Shown here in pieces: positions 1 to 13,686 of a DNA stretch of 64,000 nucleotides. A model generated the notes under the pieces. That model worked only from the letters and a program-made list of their open reading frames with translations, was not told where the DNA came from and made no database searches. Positions within the stretch are counted from its first letter, which is position 1. Each line of letters opens with the position of its first letter. The stretch is from Utricularia gibba. Lineage: Eukaryota > Plantae > Magnoliophyta. Made by a program: the position numbers and the translations under genes. Where the stretch lies: assembly GCA_002189035.1 (NCBI GenBank), contig NEEC01000002.1, forward strand, positions 5,208,001-5,272,000, read 5' to 3'.

Positions 1-921
1 AAGTAAATGATCTATATTTAGATGGGAATGTACCACCCCTAGAAGTAAAGGATGTAACAAATGCGAAATACTCATCATCCGATGAATCTGATGGAGAGGA
101 ACTTGATACTGATGATGAGGATTATTATACATCTTACCGTGATTGGAAAAGTAGGAAAAACAAAAAGAAATACATAGTCAAAAGATGATGAGGATAATAT
201 CTTTCTGACACTGCTTTGAAAGTCATAGTGATGTGGGCCATGGATTTGGAACACACCTCACAAATGAAGCTAGTGGAAGCTAATGTAACCTAAGGGAAGC
301 ACACGAAACATGTGTTTTTTTTTTTGGCTTTTAAGAATTCGTATTTCTCCTTCTTTGAATCTCCTGGTAGAAGGATTAAGAAAGCGTGCTTCCATCAATT
401 TGTTCTCTTGTTTCAGGTTTGTGTGACCAGTAGCTAAAGGTCAAGAGTCTATCATTCTTGAGCACATTGAGGTTCCGCAATGTGCTTGTAGCAGCCCCTG
501 TTGTAGCAGTGGTGTGTGAGCTGATTTTTGTATTTGTTTGCTTCTATTTTCTAATCATTCCCATGACCCTCATGTTCTAGTGCATGGGGATAAAGTTGGA
601 ATTGTTGAAACTTTCAATTGTTATCAATTGGGTGGATGTTATAGTGTCCTTGAATTATTGTTAAGTCCCAAAATTTCCTATCTATCTACATCATTTGATG
701 CTAGAAGGAGCGCAACGGCGATGATATCTATGGTACGTAGAGGAGGAAGAGGTTATGTCCATCCCACGAACAAGGAGTTTTTGATGAAGCAAATGTTTGA
801 AGCCTTAGACAAAAAAGTAGACCAATTGGTGTGCAACTTGGAACACCTTTTGTCACAAAATGGGCAACCCATTCCAAACCATCCATAGCATACTTTCATA
901 AATGAGGTTGAGTCACCTGAA

Positions 922-1808
922 ATGACTAACTTCAGATCTTTTAATGGGGGCAAGCATCATTCGACACCTGGAGTCATCTCAAATGAAGGAGATCGATGTT
1001 GGGAATCTGGGTTTAAAATTGATATACCTAAATTCCATGGTGGGTTACAAGCGGAGGAGTTCCTTAATTGGATAGCGACTGTGGAGGAAGTTCTGGACTT
1101 CAAGAACGTACCAGATGAATGTCAGGTTGCTCTTGTGACCACTCGATTCAGAGGAAGAGCATCTTTTGGTGGCAATAAGTTAAACTCTCATGCACACGAA
1201 TGGGCAAGGCTAAGTCGTAGTTATGAGAGAAGTTGAAGAAACATCTCCATGCCATGTTTCTTTCGTATAACTACTAGCGTCTTTTTATTCAGCAATTGCA
1301 AGGCTTGAAATAGGGAACCAAATCTGTGGAGGATCATACCAAAGAATTTAATCAACCATTTTCCAGTGTTGAACTTTAGGAAACAGAGGAGCAACTGGTG
1401 GGACAATATATTATTACTTTGAGACCCTCTATTCATAAAGTTCTAAATCAACTTGAACCCGTATCTATAGTCGAGGCCTACCAAAGAGCACTCATAATGG
1501 AGCAGCAATCTAAGAAGAACTCTTCACATTTTATTGGATCCTCATCAGAGATAACTCACTCTTTTAGGGATACTCAGGCTCCGAACACCATGGTTAGTTC
1601 CTTAGAACCTAACAGAAGTAAGGTGAGGAGCCAGCTCAAGTGTTACACATGTGGAGAGTTGGGGCATAAACAAGCCAATTGCAAGAAAGCAAGAAAGAAG
1701 GTGCTTCTTGTTGAAAATGAAGATGAGTCTAAGGGTGAACTAGATCCTAGATTTGGGGACCTATTTATTGAGTTAGTAGGTGAAGAGTTTGTAATATTTT
1801 CCAATTGA
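922..1808 (+). pseudogene. CRM-type gag (frameshifted)
   Basis: WESGFKIDIPKFHGGLQAEEFLNWIATVEEVLDFK motif typical of CRM gag; zinc knuckle CYTCGELGHKQANC; split over several ORFs. Confidence 0.85.
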
Positions 1809-1991
1809 CGTACTCTTAGGGCCATCTTGGCAATACGATTGTGATACCCTTCATGTCGGTAAGAAGAATATGTACTCATTTGATTTTATTGGGACTAAGA
1901 TTGTGTTATTGCCCTCTAAACCTCGGTTGAATTGAAAGTTTTGGTCAGTTTGTTCTCATGTAAATAGTTAGTTGAGGAGATTGGGGATAGT

Positions 1992-3296
1992 GTGACCTTC
2001 TTGATATTGGTCAAGGAAATGAATTGGCTACAATGCAGAGAATCAGATGTTGTGAGGAATATTCTCGAGGAATTTTCTAACATATTTCCTGAGGATTTAC
2101 CAGATGGGCTTCCATCATTACGAGACATTTTTCAGCATGATATTGATTTTGTGCCTGGATCTTCCCTCCCCAACAAAGCTCATTATCGTATGAGCCCGAC
2201 TGAGTATGAGGAGATGAGATGGCAAGTAGAAGATCTTGTAGCTAAAGGACATATCCGAGAGAGCTTAAGTCCATGTGCTATACCAGCTATGCTAGTTTCT
2301 AAGAAAGAAGGAACTTGACGGATGTGTGTTGACAGTCAGGTGACTAACAAAATTACTATTAAGTGCCGATTCTCGATACCAGGCCTTGATGATCTTCTTG
2401 ACCAAATTCATGGAGCAACCATTTTTTCATTGTTGGATTTGAGGAGTGGGTATAACCAAATTCATATAAGGCCAGGAGATGAATGGAAGACCATCTTCAA
2501 AATTAGGGAAGGACTTTACGAATGGTTGGTGATGCCCTTCAGGTTGTCTAATGCCCCGAGCACTGTTATGCATGTTATGAATCAGCTTCTATGCCTGTTT
2601 ATGAGCAGATGTGCAATGGTATATTTTGATGATAATTTGATATATAGCAGGGATCAAGAATCTCATGTATAGGATATTTGCGTTGCAATCCAAATCTTGA
2701 AGGGTGCTCAATTTTGTATCTCTCCAAGTAAGTGCTTTTTCTTCACATCATAGGTATTGTTTTTGGGATACATTATTTCTTGTGATGGATTACAAGTGCA
2801 TCCCACAAAGTTGGCTGCGATTCAAAATTGGCCCACACCTACCACTATTACGGAAATCCGTAGCTTCCATGGGTTAGCATCTTTTTATCGTCTCTTTATT
2901 TCCCGTTTCAGCACTATTATAGACCCACTTAAAGATTGTATGAAGGGTAAGGTATTCACATGGACCAAGGAAGCCGAGAAATCATTTGTGCACATTAAGG
3001 AGCTGCTCACATCCACCCTGATATTAGCGCTCCCGGACTTCTCTAGGCCTTTTGAACTTCATTGTGATGCATCCGGTATGGGTATTGGTGCGGTACTCAG
3101 CCAATTGAACAGATCTATTGCTTATTTCGACAAAAAATTGAGGGAAAGCAAAGCTAATTATTCTACTTATGATCTGGAATTATTCGCTGGTGCAATCTAT
3201 TAAACATTGGAGACATTATTTATGTCAGCAGAAATTTATACTTTGGACTAATCATGATTCTCTCCACCATGTTAATTCTCAGGATCAATGCAACAT
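1992..3296 (+). pseudogene. Ty3 pol: reverse transcriptase and RNase H
   Basis: [38 protein letters not shown] (YxDD), [18 protein letters not shown]; contains stops and frameshifts. Confidence 0.92.
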
Positions 3297-4259
3297 TGAT
3301 GACACACATTTTTCCTGAATTTCATAATACAAAATGATTATATTTTATTATGGTTTAGGTTAGATAAATGTGATTTTTCATGCTTAAGTCGTGTTTATGT
3401 TAATCTTATGTGATTATGTTAAAAAGTGGACTAAATCCAAGGATTTAGTCCACAACTTTTGTTACTAATATTTCAGTAAGTTCAGCAGGGAGATCAGTAG
3501 AAAATCAGACTTGCAAACGTGTGGAACAAGTGAAAAAGGGAGCAAAATCTGGAGAAGGACAAAGAGCATTGTTCTGCCGCCACCTGCAGTCTGCAAGTTC
3601 AGGCCGGAAATAGTGCTGGCGGTCGGGAACAGTACTGGCGGTTAGGAGCGGTGCAATGGAGTGAAGGAAAGGTGAAATTTATTTCGAAAAGAAGAGAGAC
3701 GCGGGGAGGGCAGAACGCTCGCAAGGGGGCTTCTTCCCCAATGCGAAAAACACCAACCAGAAGGAGGAAAGAAGGCCTCTATCGTCAAGAATAGCACCAG
3801 AGTCCAGTCCAGCACTACTGTTCCGAGCTATGAATAGTAGCAACCGAGCGAAAGAACAATCTTTACTTGCTTCCAATTTTCTAAACATTTCTAGTTTTTG
3901 TACCAGACTAGCTTGCAATGTTTCTGTTATTTTCGCCAACTTATATGAATGAAATCGTGTTTTATTTCCCAAACATGAGTAGCTAAAGTCTTAGGGATGC
4001 CTTAAAGTGAAGTGGTGTGGTGTGTGCTTATGGTTGATGATGAAATTTATGTGTATGCCTTAACTCTTGTTTCTAACAAACCATGGGTAGACCTAAGGAG
4101 TAAAACAAGTAGTTTCACAACTTAGATGCCTTGTTTAGAGGTAGACCAACAAACCAAGACGGGAGTAGTCGGTTTTGGTCAAGGGTAGAACTAGTAGAAC
4201 CGGGTAGACCTAGTTCTATATGCCTTGCATGCGGGTAGACCTAATTGCAATGTTGGTTA
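3297..4259 (+). mobile_element. Athila-type LTR (family A), 3'-truncated, nested in the CRM pol
   Basis: Starts TGATGACACAC and is colinear with the solo LTRs at 37413-38780 and 22133-23528 until about 4259. Confidence 0.85.
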
Positions 4260-4309
4260 ATTACATTGACATAAAAACGACCTAAAAGGTAGTGAGAAAA
4301 TGACACTTA

Positions 4310-4850
4310 ACAACTGAGCTTTAGTAGTGCCTATCATTTGGAGACCAATGGGAAAATCGAGGTTGTGAATCGTTCTCTTGGTAATCTACTCTGTTGCATA
4401 GTGAAGGGTGACCACAAAAGCCAGGATTTGAGCACTGAGTTTAGTCACTTTCAAGTTGTGCATTCTTCCAACCCTGGGGACTTATGAAACTTACTACTTT
4501 AGTGGATGAATGCCGCTTGAATGGATGAATTGTTGATTTTTCACTTCTTTAACGAAGATCCATAAGAAAGTGGTGATCAATCTCAATGATGCCAATGCTC
4601 ACTATAAAGTGTCTGTAGACACGTCTCGATGCTCCCTTGAGTTTCAGGTGGGTGATCTCATGTGGGTACTCATCACCAAGAAATGCTACCCTATAGATGA
4701 GTATCACAAACTGGTGAACAAGAAACTCAGCCTCATGAAGGTGGTCACTAAACTCGACTTCAATGCATACTAGGTTCACCTTCCTCCTGGATACAATGTG
4801 TCTTATGTTTTTAATGTACAACTTATATTCCTCTACTATCTTGTGCATTC
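4310..4850 (+). pseudogene. Ty3 integrase core/C-terminal remnant
   Basis: SSAYH-x-ETNGKIEVVNRSLGNLL core, then EFQVGDLMWV...KLDFNAY. The integrase N-terminal part is missing. Confidence 0.8.
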
Positions 4851-5067
4851 TGAGGTGAATGCTCCTTTGGTTGTTGAGAATGATTTGAGCCATGGATCTA
4901 GAACACGGTCCACAAATGAAGCTGGTGGAAACTAATGTAACCTAAGGGAAGCACATGAAACAGATGGTTTTTTTGTCTTTTGAGAGTTGGTATTTCTCCT
5001 TCTTTGAATCTCCTGGTAGAGGGAATAAGGAAGAGTGCTTCCATCAATTTGTTCTTTTGTTTCAAGA

Positions 5068-6111
5068 TGTCTAATCTTGAATTAATACCCTACTATTTAA
5101 ACATGAAAATTCACCAACTTTCAGGTGTAGCCACGTTCATATCTCAGAAGAAGTACAATAATGCACTTCTTGAAAAATTTGGGTTCAACTAAATCTTTCC
5201 AAAACTTCTTTGGATTACAAACAAGTGATTGGAAAAAACAAACAAGGAATGAATGAAGATACAACTCTATATTGAGGTATGATTGGATTGGTCTATCCCT
5301 ATGAGGGTTAAAAACTAGTCTTCAAACTTAGAGCTTATTAAGATAATGATTATGATACAGCTGAAGGCAGCAAGAGTACATTTGGGGTGGTTTTCTTCTT
5401 GAACAAAAGCCATGTGGTCTGGTTTTCAAAGAAACGAAAACTGGGGGCACAATCAATAGCTGAAGCTGGATGCATCTCAACAACAAATGCTTCAAAATAT
5501 TCCATTTGGTTGAGATCGACGGCAAATGAACTTGGATTCATACAAAGGAAGCTACAGATCTATTTATGGGTAATAGAGCTATAATTTATATGGTAAAAAA
5601 TCCAACCATCTTCAGCGAAGCCAAACACATGAGAACCAGGTATCATGTCATAAGAAATTATATTAAGAAAAAGAAGATCAAGGTGTTGCATGTTGAGTTT
5701 GGGAATCATCTTTATGATTGTCTTACAAAGATTTGAACATAGTTCAATTTGAGCTAGATAGTAAGAAAATGAATCTAATGACTACCAAAAACTTAGGAAA
5801 ATTGAGAGATCTCGGTCTAAGGGGAAGTGTTGGAGATCACCCTCAATCCAAACAAGATTGAACATGATTGGAAGCAATCCGTTTTTTTTTTTTTGTCATG
5901 AAAAATTATTGGTTTTAAAATTATTAGAGTAGGTTATTGGTTTTTTTTTTTTGTTAGGCTATGGCTCACTACTTTTGTAACCTAAACATTGATATTTGTA
6001 CCCTATCAATTGATGAAAAAATGTGATTTTTCTTGCCAATCGTGTTCTTATAGATTTCGTGTTCATTAAATGTGAGTTTTTAAACATCTATCTTCCGCTC
6101 CATTCTCAACA
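5068..6111 (+). mobile_element. Ty1/copia 3' remnant (RT end, RNase H, PPT, 3' LTR 5828-6111)
   Basis: MSNLELIPYYLNMKI...FISQKKY (RT end) and WFSKKRKLGAQSIAEA (RNase H); PPT AAGGGGAAG directly followed by TGTTGG...CAACA. Confidence 0.8.
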
Positions 6112-6490
6112 TTTAATCTTTATTAGATTAAAAATATTAAATTATGATACAGGAAAATGATTATTAATTATTAAATATATAATTGAATTTTTAGTTTTAT
6201 TTATTTACAAGTTTTTTTTCATTTCAAACCTAAAATAGTCATTTATCATACTGAAAATTAATTAGATTATTTCAGATTATATTATTGAAATTGTTGGATT
6301 TACAAGAAATAGTAGTTTTTGGTACAATGAAAAAAATATTGAAATTGTCATAATTTGCAATAACCCATTTTCTTGTTGCATGATATTATCTGTTTTATAC
6401 ATCTAACCCTCACAATTTTACATTATCTTCTTTTGAGGAAAAGACTTCACGTAATATTAAAAAAAAATCTCTCTACCTATCTATAATCAA

Positions 6491-7560
6491 TGTAGGATTC
6501 GTCTAAGGTCCTTACACCTCTCCTTGGGTTGAGCCTTTTGGATCGTTATTTTTAGTATCAAAATTACATCCAGTCTTGTAATCAGTGGTGGGATAAACCT
6601 TAGCGAAGACACTAAGTTTTCAAGGAGGACAAAAGGGGCTAGCATAAGGAAGGGTTTAAAGACTTTGAACTAATCCCTCGTGAGTTATAGATAGGATTGA
6701 GAGACAGTTTATATAGAAGTGCCTTCTCTAGCATTGCAAGAGGTCTTTTCCTTTAAAGGAGAGAATGTAAAACGTGAGAATTGAGTATCTAAAGCGGGCA
6801 ATATCGTGTAAGTAAATGATGACTTGTTACATTTGGTTTTAGAGTCAAACCCGAACTTATAATTGGTGATAGGGAAGACCTCAATCAGGATTAGACCTGA
6901 GCACGGGTTGCGACTTGCCGATTAACGAGTCGAACTCGTCAAGTCATGGCTCTATTATGGAGTTGATGGGTTGACGGGTTTTGATCTCCAACTCATATCG
7001 TACCTGAGTTTACTTGTTACCCGTCAACTCGTCTAGTTGACCCAAGTATGGACTCGTCAACCCGTATTTTATCGTATTTTTTAAATAATTATTCTATTTT
7101 TCAGTTACTTTTTTTGTTATATAGAAATTTTTTTATTTGTATATGAAATTTTCCCTCCTCCCTTACGATATTTGAGACTGGCGATATATAATATAAGCGA
7201 AATTAATTAGTATCAAATTATTAATATTAAATAAAAAAGATATAAAATATAAATTAAGAAATGAATAATCTTGACTACAAATCATTCATTTTTTCACAAG
7301 TTGCTTGAGTAACTCGCTGAGTCGAAAATCGCTGGCTCGACTCGTACTTGTTTTTCATGAGTATGAGTAACTTGTACCCATTCCATACGGGTCGACTTGT
7401 GACTAACCTGAGTTGACCTGTACCCATGCCTAGTTCTAATCAGGATGATGAGTTTCCAAGGGAGGTGGAAGGGCCCGACATAAGGAAGGATGTAAAGACC
7501 CATGCCTAGGTCTAATTAGGCAAATCCCACATCGATTACAGACAAGATAGAGAGACATAA
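6491..7560 (+). mobile_element. Possible degenerate TRIM-like / small non-autonomous LTR remnant
   Basis: Direct repeat CATAAGGAAGG-x-TAAAGAC at about 6643 and 7479; LTR-like end GTTACA at 6831 followed by PBS-like TTTGGTTTTAGAGTC. Confidence 0.35.
6892..7438. mobile_element. Non-autonomous hAT element (MITE), 547 bp
   Basis: Imperfect TIRs TAGACCTGAGCACGGG / CCCATGCCTAGTTCTA; perfect 8-bp TSD ATCAGGAT (6884-6891, 7439-7446); subterminal GACCC/CGGGT motifs. Confidence 0.9.
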
Positions 7561-9399
7561 GGGTTTTTTCCAAGAAAGTAAAAAGTGAAATTGTGAGGGT
7601 TGAATATTTGAAATTGATAATATTATACAAAAAGAGAATGATTCTTTACCTAACTATATTTCATTAATTGTTGAATTATATATTTTATTTAAGGAATAAT
7701 ATAATAGATATATAATATATATAAATATATTTTTATATGATATATAGTTAAAAAAGAAAAAATATAGGAAAAGGCTGAGAAGATTGAGAAGATTAATATA
7801 TTGTGAATAGTAATGAATAGCTTTGTAAGTAAGAATTTTTGTAGTAGATAGACTTGTTAATAATATTAATAGAATGGAATAAGATATCATTTCATGCTGT
7901 CATATTTGAGATTTTGAGGATATGATTCCAATAGATAAAACACAAAGTGATGACTCTTATGTTAGAACAGATCAATTGAAGTTCTCCTCCATATCAAATT
8001 TGCATTATAAGGGAGCTTTTATGGCAAAGTTGTAGAAATAACAAATGGACTCATCAATTTGTGTTTCTTCATTTAGATGATCACTCTCAATTAAGAAAAA
8101 ATTAGTGAAAATTGTATTTTTCACATTACTTTATAACAATATTTTATATAATATAGAAAAACATTGTTGTTATTATTAAATCGGTTAATATCATTTTTTA
8201 TACCTATACAATACCATTTTTATATTCTTAATCTCTTTATTTTTTTTTGTTGCATAAATGGTCACTTTTCTTCACCTAAAATATCATTCATCTTTTAATG
8301 AGTGTTTTCCAATAGAGTCATTGTCATGGTTAACTAATTTAACTACTCTTTTTTTAATGGGTTTTTACCCTTTTTTTCCACTTGTTTTTGCATCCATAAG
8401 AGATTGAAAATAGTACATGGACGATTAAATCTGGAAAATGTAATACAATATATCCATACATTTAATATCTATCCAAAATAACATACAAATGATTAACTTT
8501 AGTTGATAAACTCTAAAATTTAACAAACATCAAGTGCCCACATTGCAAGCTACCCATAGCATCACTTAAAGGATAAATTGGTTTCTCCATCTCCTTTTTT
8601 CCTCTTCAAACAGCTCGGAAGATTTGAAAGTCTAATATAGTTGTTGCTACCCTTCACAATAACCAGCGCATTAACAGCAATTGTGTTTTCAGAAACTTGA
8701 AATGCCATTGTAGATTGTTGAACCTGATTTGTTGAAGCATGACACAAGGAATTAATTATTACTTCACAACTTGATATGAAAGCATTACCAACACAATATT
8801 ATACCTTAGATACTAATATATGACTCGTTGATGTTGACATTACTGCAAGTTGATGTTTTGGTGCAACAGATTTTTCCTTCGATATCTAATCCAAATGACA
8901 CATAACCATGACATTCAAATGAGCAAAAAACATTTTTAAGATACATTCCATATATCAAACACTGAACACGTAATCACAACCAAATCAGCACATCATAAAA
9001 AGGTTATCAGCATACATATGTATACAATAATGATAGTTGGTTTTTTACCTTTCGTTTTTAGAGTTCATATCTTTTTCATTCGAATCTTGTTTCCTTTTCC
9101 CCTGTTTTGTAACAGGTAATGATTCTTCACTTCCAACCTCATTTTCATGCTGCTCTTGGTTGACAGTTCCTTTATCATCCTGTGAACACTAAGGAAGAAC
9201 ACGAGATAAATGGTAGCTATGAATATCTAATACCATAATATAATTGTAAATTGTAATGTAATTCATACCAGAGTTCCCTGAGTTGAAGGTGTTTTAGACC
9301 TTGATTTTTTCTTACATGTTGCTTTGTTCTGGCCTCTCATGTGACAGATACTACATTGATTTTTTTTTTTCGAGAAAGCCCTACTAATCTATATGGATC

Positions 9400-12300
9400 T
9401 TTCACTTTGGCAGGGGGTTCTTCTGGTTGTCTTTTCCTTGCTTTTTTTGGTCTTCCAACTCCTCTTTGATAAACTAGTGGGAGTGGGGATGGTAGATTAA
9501 CATTATCCCAAAGGTCTGCACTTGGAATTCCTTGAATTCTATGCTATCGCTGTGCTATATACGTTTCCTTCTTGTAGCAATCATCTACATATTCCTCTAT
9601 ACTCAATCCTTTATGCCATAATCTAGCAATTGCCTATGCACATGCAAGAGATGTTAAATCCTAGTTTCTACAGTCACATCTTCTCTCATGTAGGTCTACT
9701 CTCAATGTATCATATGGTACTACCATTTCATACTTCCAATCAGAAATACATAAGGCAATGAGTTCATCAGCAACCTTATATGATTTTTCTAGAGTTGCTC
9801 TAATTCTAGGACAAATTAAATCCTTCCAAGACATGGCAACATTTAATTGCTTGTTATTATGCATAATGAGATGTCTTCTAAATCCCCTCAAGCAACTGAG
9901 ATATAGGTTTATCTCTCAATTCTAAAAGCATAGCATTATAATTCTCACAAAGATTATTAAGTACAATATCACACTTCGCAGTTTTTGTGAAAAAAGCTCT
10001 TTTTCATTGTTGTGGGGGCTTACTCTTTAGCCATGTATGAACTTCTCTATTAATTCCTTCAAGATCGCTCATGTATCCTTCAAAAACAGTTACTCCAGTG
10101 GCTTTAGCAGCACTCCTGATAAACGAAAAATCTACACATCGTAAATGTAAATCTTCCTATCAAATAAATTTATAACCTAATATACATTCTAGTATAAAAA
10201 GAGCATAGTGATTTGGGTCGAACACGAAGAGCAGGTGCTTGTTGTGTGAATGTCAATGCATGAAATCAGTGTCACGTTGGTAAAATTGGTCTTAACTAGG
10301 ACAAAAGATGGAATGCAGTAAAGAAAAGTAACAAGCTTGGGACTCGGTAGTTTCTAATATGAAATGGGTGATGCCTTGAGACTCCTACGGGATGTATGCT
10401 TATCACTAAATATGCTCACACAACCCATAAATCAATCACTTAACTCACAAAGTCTAGGTCTACCCGGACTTATGTTTTCCCATAATCTTTGGTCTACCTC
10501 TAATCAGGGTTGTTAAGATGGTTTCACTATTTCCCCCTCCTGGATCTATCCTGGTTTGTTAAGGAAGTGGTGTGACTTATGGTTGATTAGGTCTAAAGAT
10601 TGACTAGCACAAATCTCCACCTTTCACCCCAAGGCATCCCCTAAGCACTTAACCACTCATAACAAGAGAAAGGAGAAGATTTTCATAACATATCCTAAGC
10701 AATGTTCTGGTCTCAAAGTTAAACAACAACAAGCAATGCATAACAGAAATAGAAAAGAAAAATTGTTCACGCAGTAAATCTAAAACTAGTCTTAGCTAGG
10801 AACAGTATCCATCAACAATGAAAATAAATCTTCAAAGAGAAGCTGTGTCCTTCTGGTTCGTCTCCCTTCCTTCTTCTACCCCCAGAAAATTTCTCCAGAA
10901 AACATGTCGTGAGTCTCCAATGGGGAGATCTGCGCTCTCTCTCCATCTTTTCCCCCTTTTTGTCCAACATCTCCCTTTTTCCTCCTTATATTTTGTGTGT
11001 ACTACTTTTCATACTTTTGGACTCATATTCTGCCACTACACTGTGCATATTTGGCTCATTGGGATTTGTGTTGCGACCTGTACTGCATTGCTCAAAGAAA
11101 ACTATTAGAAGGTTGGGATTAAATCTATAATTTAGTCCCAACTAAAACTAAAATAACATAACTACAGTACTTTGCAAAAAAATATGGAATTGGGCAATAA
11201 AATCTGAGCACAATATAAGTAATTTCCATGCACTCCATCACTCAAAAATATGTGTTATCAACCCCACAAGCAACTTTTTACTGCTTCTCCCATGTGTCCA
11301 GCAAGCTTCATATTACCATGTAGATGCCTTATACAAAAACTATGATCTACATGTGGCATGACCTCCTTAAACATTTCTAATAGCTCTTTTTATTTGTCAG
11401 AAATAAATGTCCATCTATTTCTATCACCAATGTGGAAATCCTGCTTCAACAATTGCAAAAACCATTTCCAAGTTGCCTCATTTTCCTTCTGTATTATTGC
11501 AAAAGCTAAAGGATAAAGATTATTATTTGCATCAATTTCCACTGCAGTCAATAACTGTCCACCGAACTTTCCCTTTAAAAAACATCCATCTACCCCCTAA
11601 GTTGTCTAAATTCATATTGAAAATTTTGCTTCGTTGCTCCATAGCAAATATACAAGGTAAGAAATCTTCTTTCTACTGGTACTGGATGTGGTGGTCTTTA
11701 AAACAATTGTTGATCCAAGATTACTTTTTTGCACTGCATATAAGTATTTTCTTATGTTTGTCCATTGCTCTTTATCACTCCATTAGCCACTTGCATTGCT
11801 CTATTTCTTGGTCTCTGTGCTTTAGCATGTGATATGATGACCTTCATCTTCCTGCAAACATGTTCCTGAAATTCTTTGAGGCCACACTTTGGATGTTGGA
11901 CCATGTATTTTGCAATATACCAATTGTGCCAACGAGACTTCATCCCTTTCAGTGTACGCCTCCTGCCACATATTGTATGCTCAAGATTAAATCTTTTTAC
12001 TACCCAACCACCAACACTTTTCCTTTTGGTTATTATAATGAACCAATCACATCCCTTTACCCTACATTTGGCCCTTACCCGCTCATTATCATTTGTTGGA
12101 AAGTGGATATCTTTCTTTTCTTTAAAGGAATAGGTTTGTATAGACAACTTAGCCTCCTCTTTAGAACTAAACCTTAATCCAAGTGTCAGCTTGGGTCTAA
12201 ATCTATATGTTTTCGAATGAAACATATTTAATGACTTTTTTTTTTCTCTTCACCATCTTCAGAATCCATACTTTGCAAATCTTCCTCATCAACATCACCT

Positions 12301-13686
12301 TCTTTGTCATCAAAAAACACCTTTTCTGAATCATAAACTTTAGGCACCAACTAAGAGGAGTCATTCTCCATATTTTGACCAATGTTCGTATTTTCCTGTT
12401 GACTTCCAACAGCATAGTTTACCACGCTATCAACTATGAAATCATATCTTTCCACATCCCCATTGTCAATTGACATTCTTAATCGTTCCTCAAAAAAATC
12501 AACTCCAATCTCAGTTTCCATAGCCTCAAACAAGTCATCCTACCTGTAGATATACCAACATTTTCAGTTTGCATTATCTCAAAAATGTTTGAACCAAAAG
12601 CAACTCCTTTATTACTATGTTGCTCAATTAAATTATCACACTTAATTGGAGCTGCACCCACATCATGGGCATCCATATGTCCTGTTTCTTTATAAACATT
12701 ATAAAATTTACCAATCCAAAATTCTATATCACTTGTTACAGAATCTATACTATCATCTTCAATTTTTTCATCAACCACATTTCATCTAGGAGCCAAAGGT
12801 TCAGCGGCACAAACATTAATAGTCCTTGCTTGCCTATGACTATTACTATCCTTTCTAAATATCTCATCTATTTCTTGTGATTGCTTTTGTGTACAATCCA
12901 TATAGCAATATAATAATACAAAAATCTAAAAAATATTTAGCAAACTACAGATCAAAGTGGCATATAATATATTCCAATCTGAAACCATAAAAGTATGATA
13001 TATAAACAACATAATATCATCAAGTATTAGCATATAATCCACTAAAAAAGTACCACACATCTAAAATTGGAGAATCAAAATACCTATTGTTGAAGGCTCT
13101 TTTATTTGAATCACCTCTTCTAATATCTCCAATTGTGTTATTTGCTTCAGTTGTTGCTTTGGCTTAAGAATTTTCTTTTTTTTTTTAAGTCTACCACTAC
13201 CATGGTTGCTGTGGTAAGCATCTTATAACCTTTTGGAACAAAATTGCTTGAAATTGTTGAGCTTTTGTAGGTTTTGCACAAAATCTGCATTTTTAGTAAT
13301 GCCACTGGTTTTTGAAGAGCCTCATCGATAGGGGTATCAATGGAGACCTGCAAGGGTCCTAATTGATCAAGAACCTCTATGTGTTCTTTAATTTTAGCTT
13401 CACCCAATATATGCTTTGGGTTATCACTGACTTTCATCCAAAACTCACAATTATCTTCATGTGGATATCCATAAGCAGTTACAATACCTAGTAGAAATGG
13501 AATGGTGATTGACTTGGAATTGTCGAGCTTAATCACCGCTTGTATTCCTCGAACATATTTTAGCCTCACCCCATCAATAATTATGCAACCATCGAAGTTG
13601 ATCGCCACTAGAATCTCGCTATCACATCTACCCATACCACTCATCGTGGAAACACCAAGCAAAGAAATTGAAATTGACAAAGTCAA
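9400..13686 (-). pseudogene. MuDR/MULE transposase pseudogene
   Basis: N-terminal region 13147-13686; MuDR domain 11752-12225; DDE region (GxFGGQLLTAVEIDANNNLYPLAFA) about 11400-11700; SWIM finger CDC-x-CAYA near 9650; GRPK motif; interrupted by an LTR and stops. Confidence 0.88.
10117..11260 (-). mobile_element. Solo LTR, diverged Athila-type family A, inserted in the MULE-1 transposase
   Basis: Ends TGATAAACG (10117) and GTGTTATCA (11260); TSD ACTCC/ACCCC with one mismatch; removing it restores CLWSAAKAT in the transposase. Confidence 0.85.

Larger units (their letters stand above)
284..5068 (+). mobile_element. Degenerate Ty3/gypsy LTR retrotransposon, CRM-like chromovirus
   Basis: LTR starts TGTAACCTAAGGGAAGC at 284 and again at 4936. 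The 5' LTR ends ...ACATCA at 693, followed by a degenerate PBS. The 3' LTR is truncated at about 5068. Internal gag, RT, RNase H and integrase fragments are in Ty3 order. Confidence 0.9.

Noticed and set aside
3-188. Acidic open frame at the window start (…SSSDESDGEELDTDDEDYY…KR*)
   Set aside because: Partial, low complexity and without a recognisable domain; cannot be assigned without upstream sequence.
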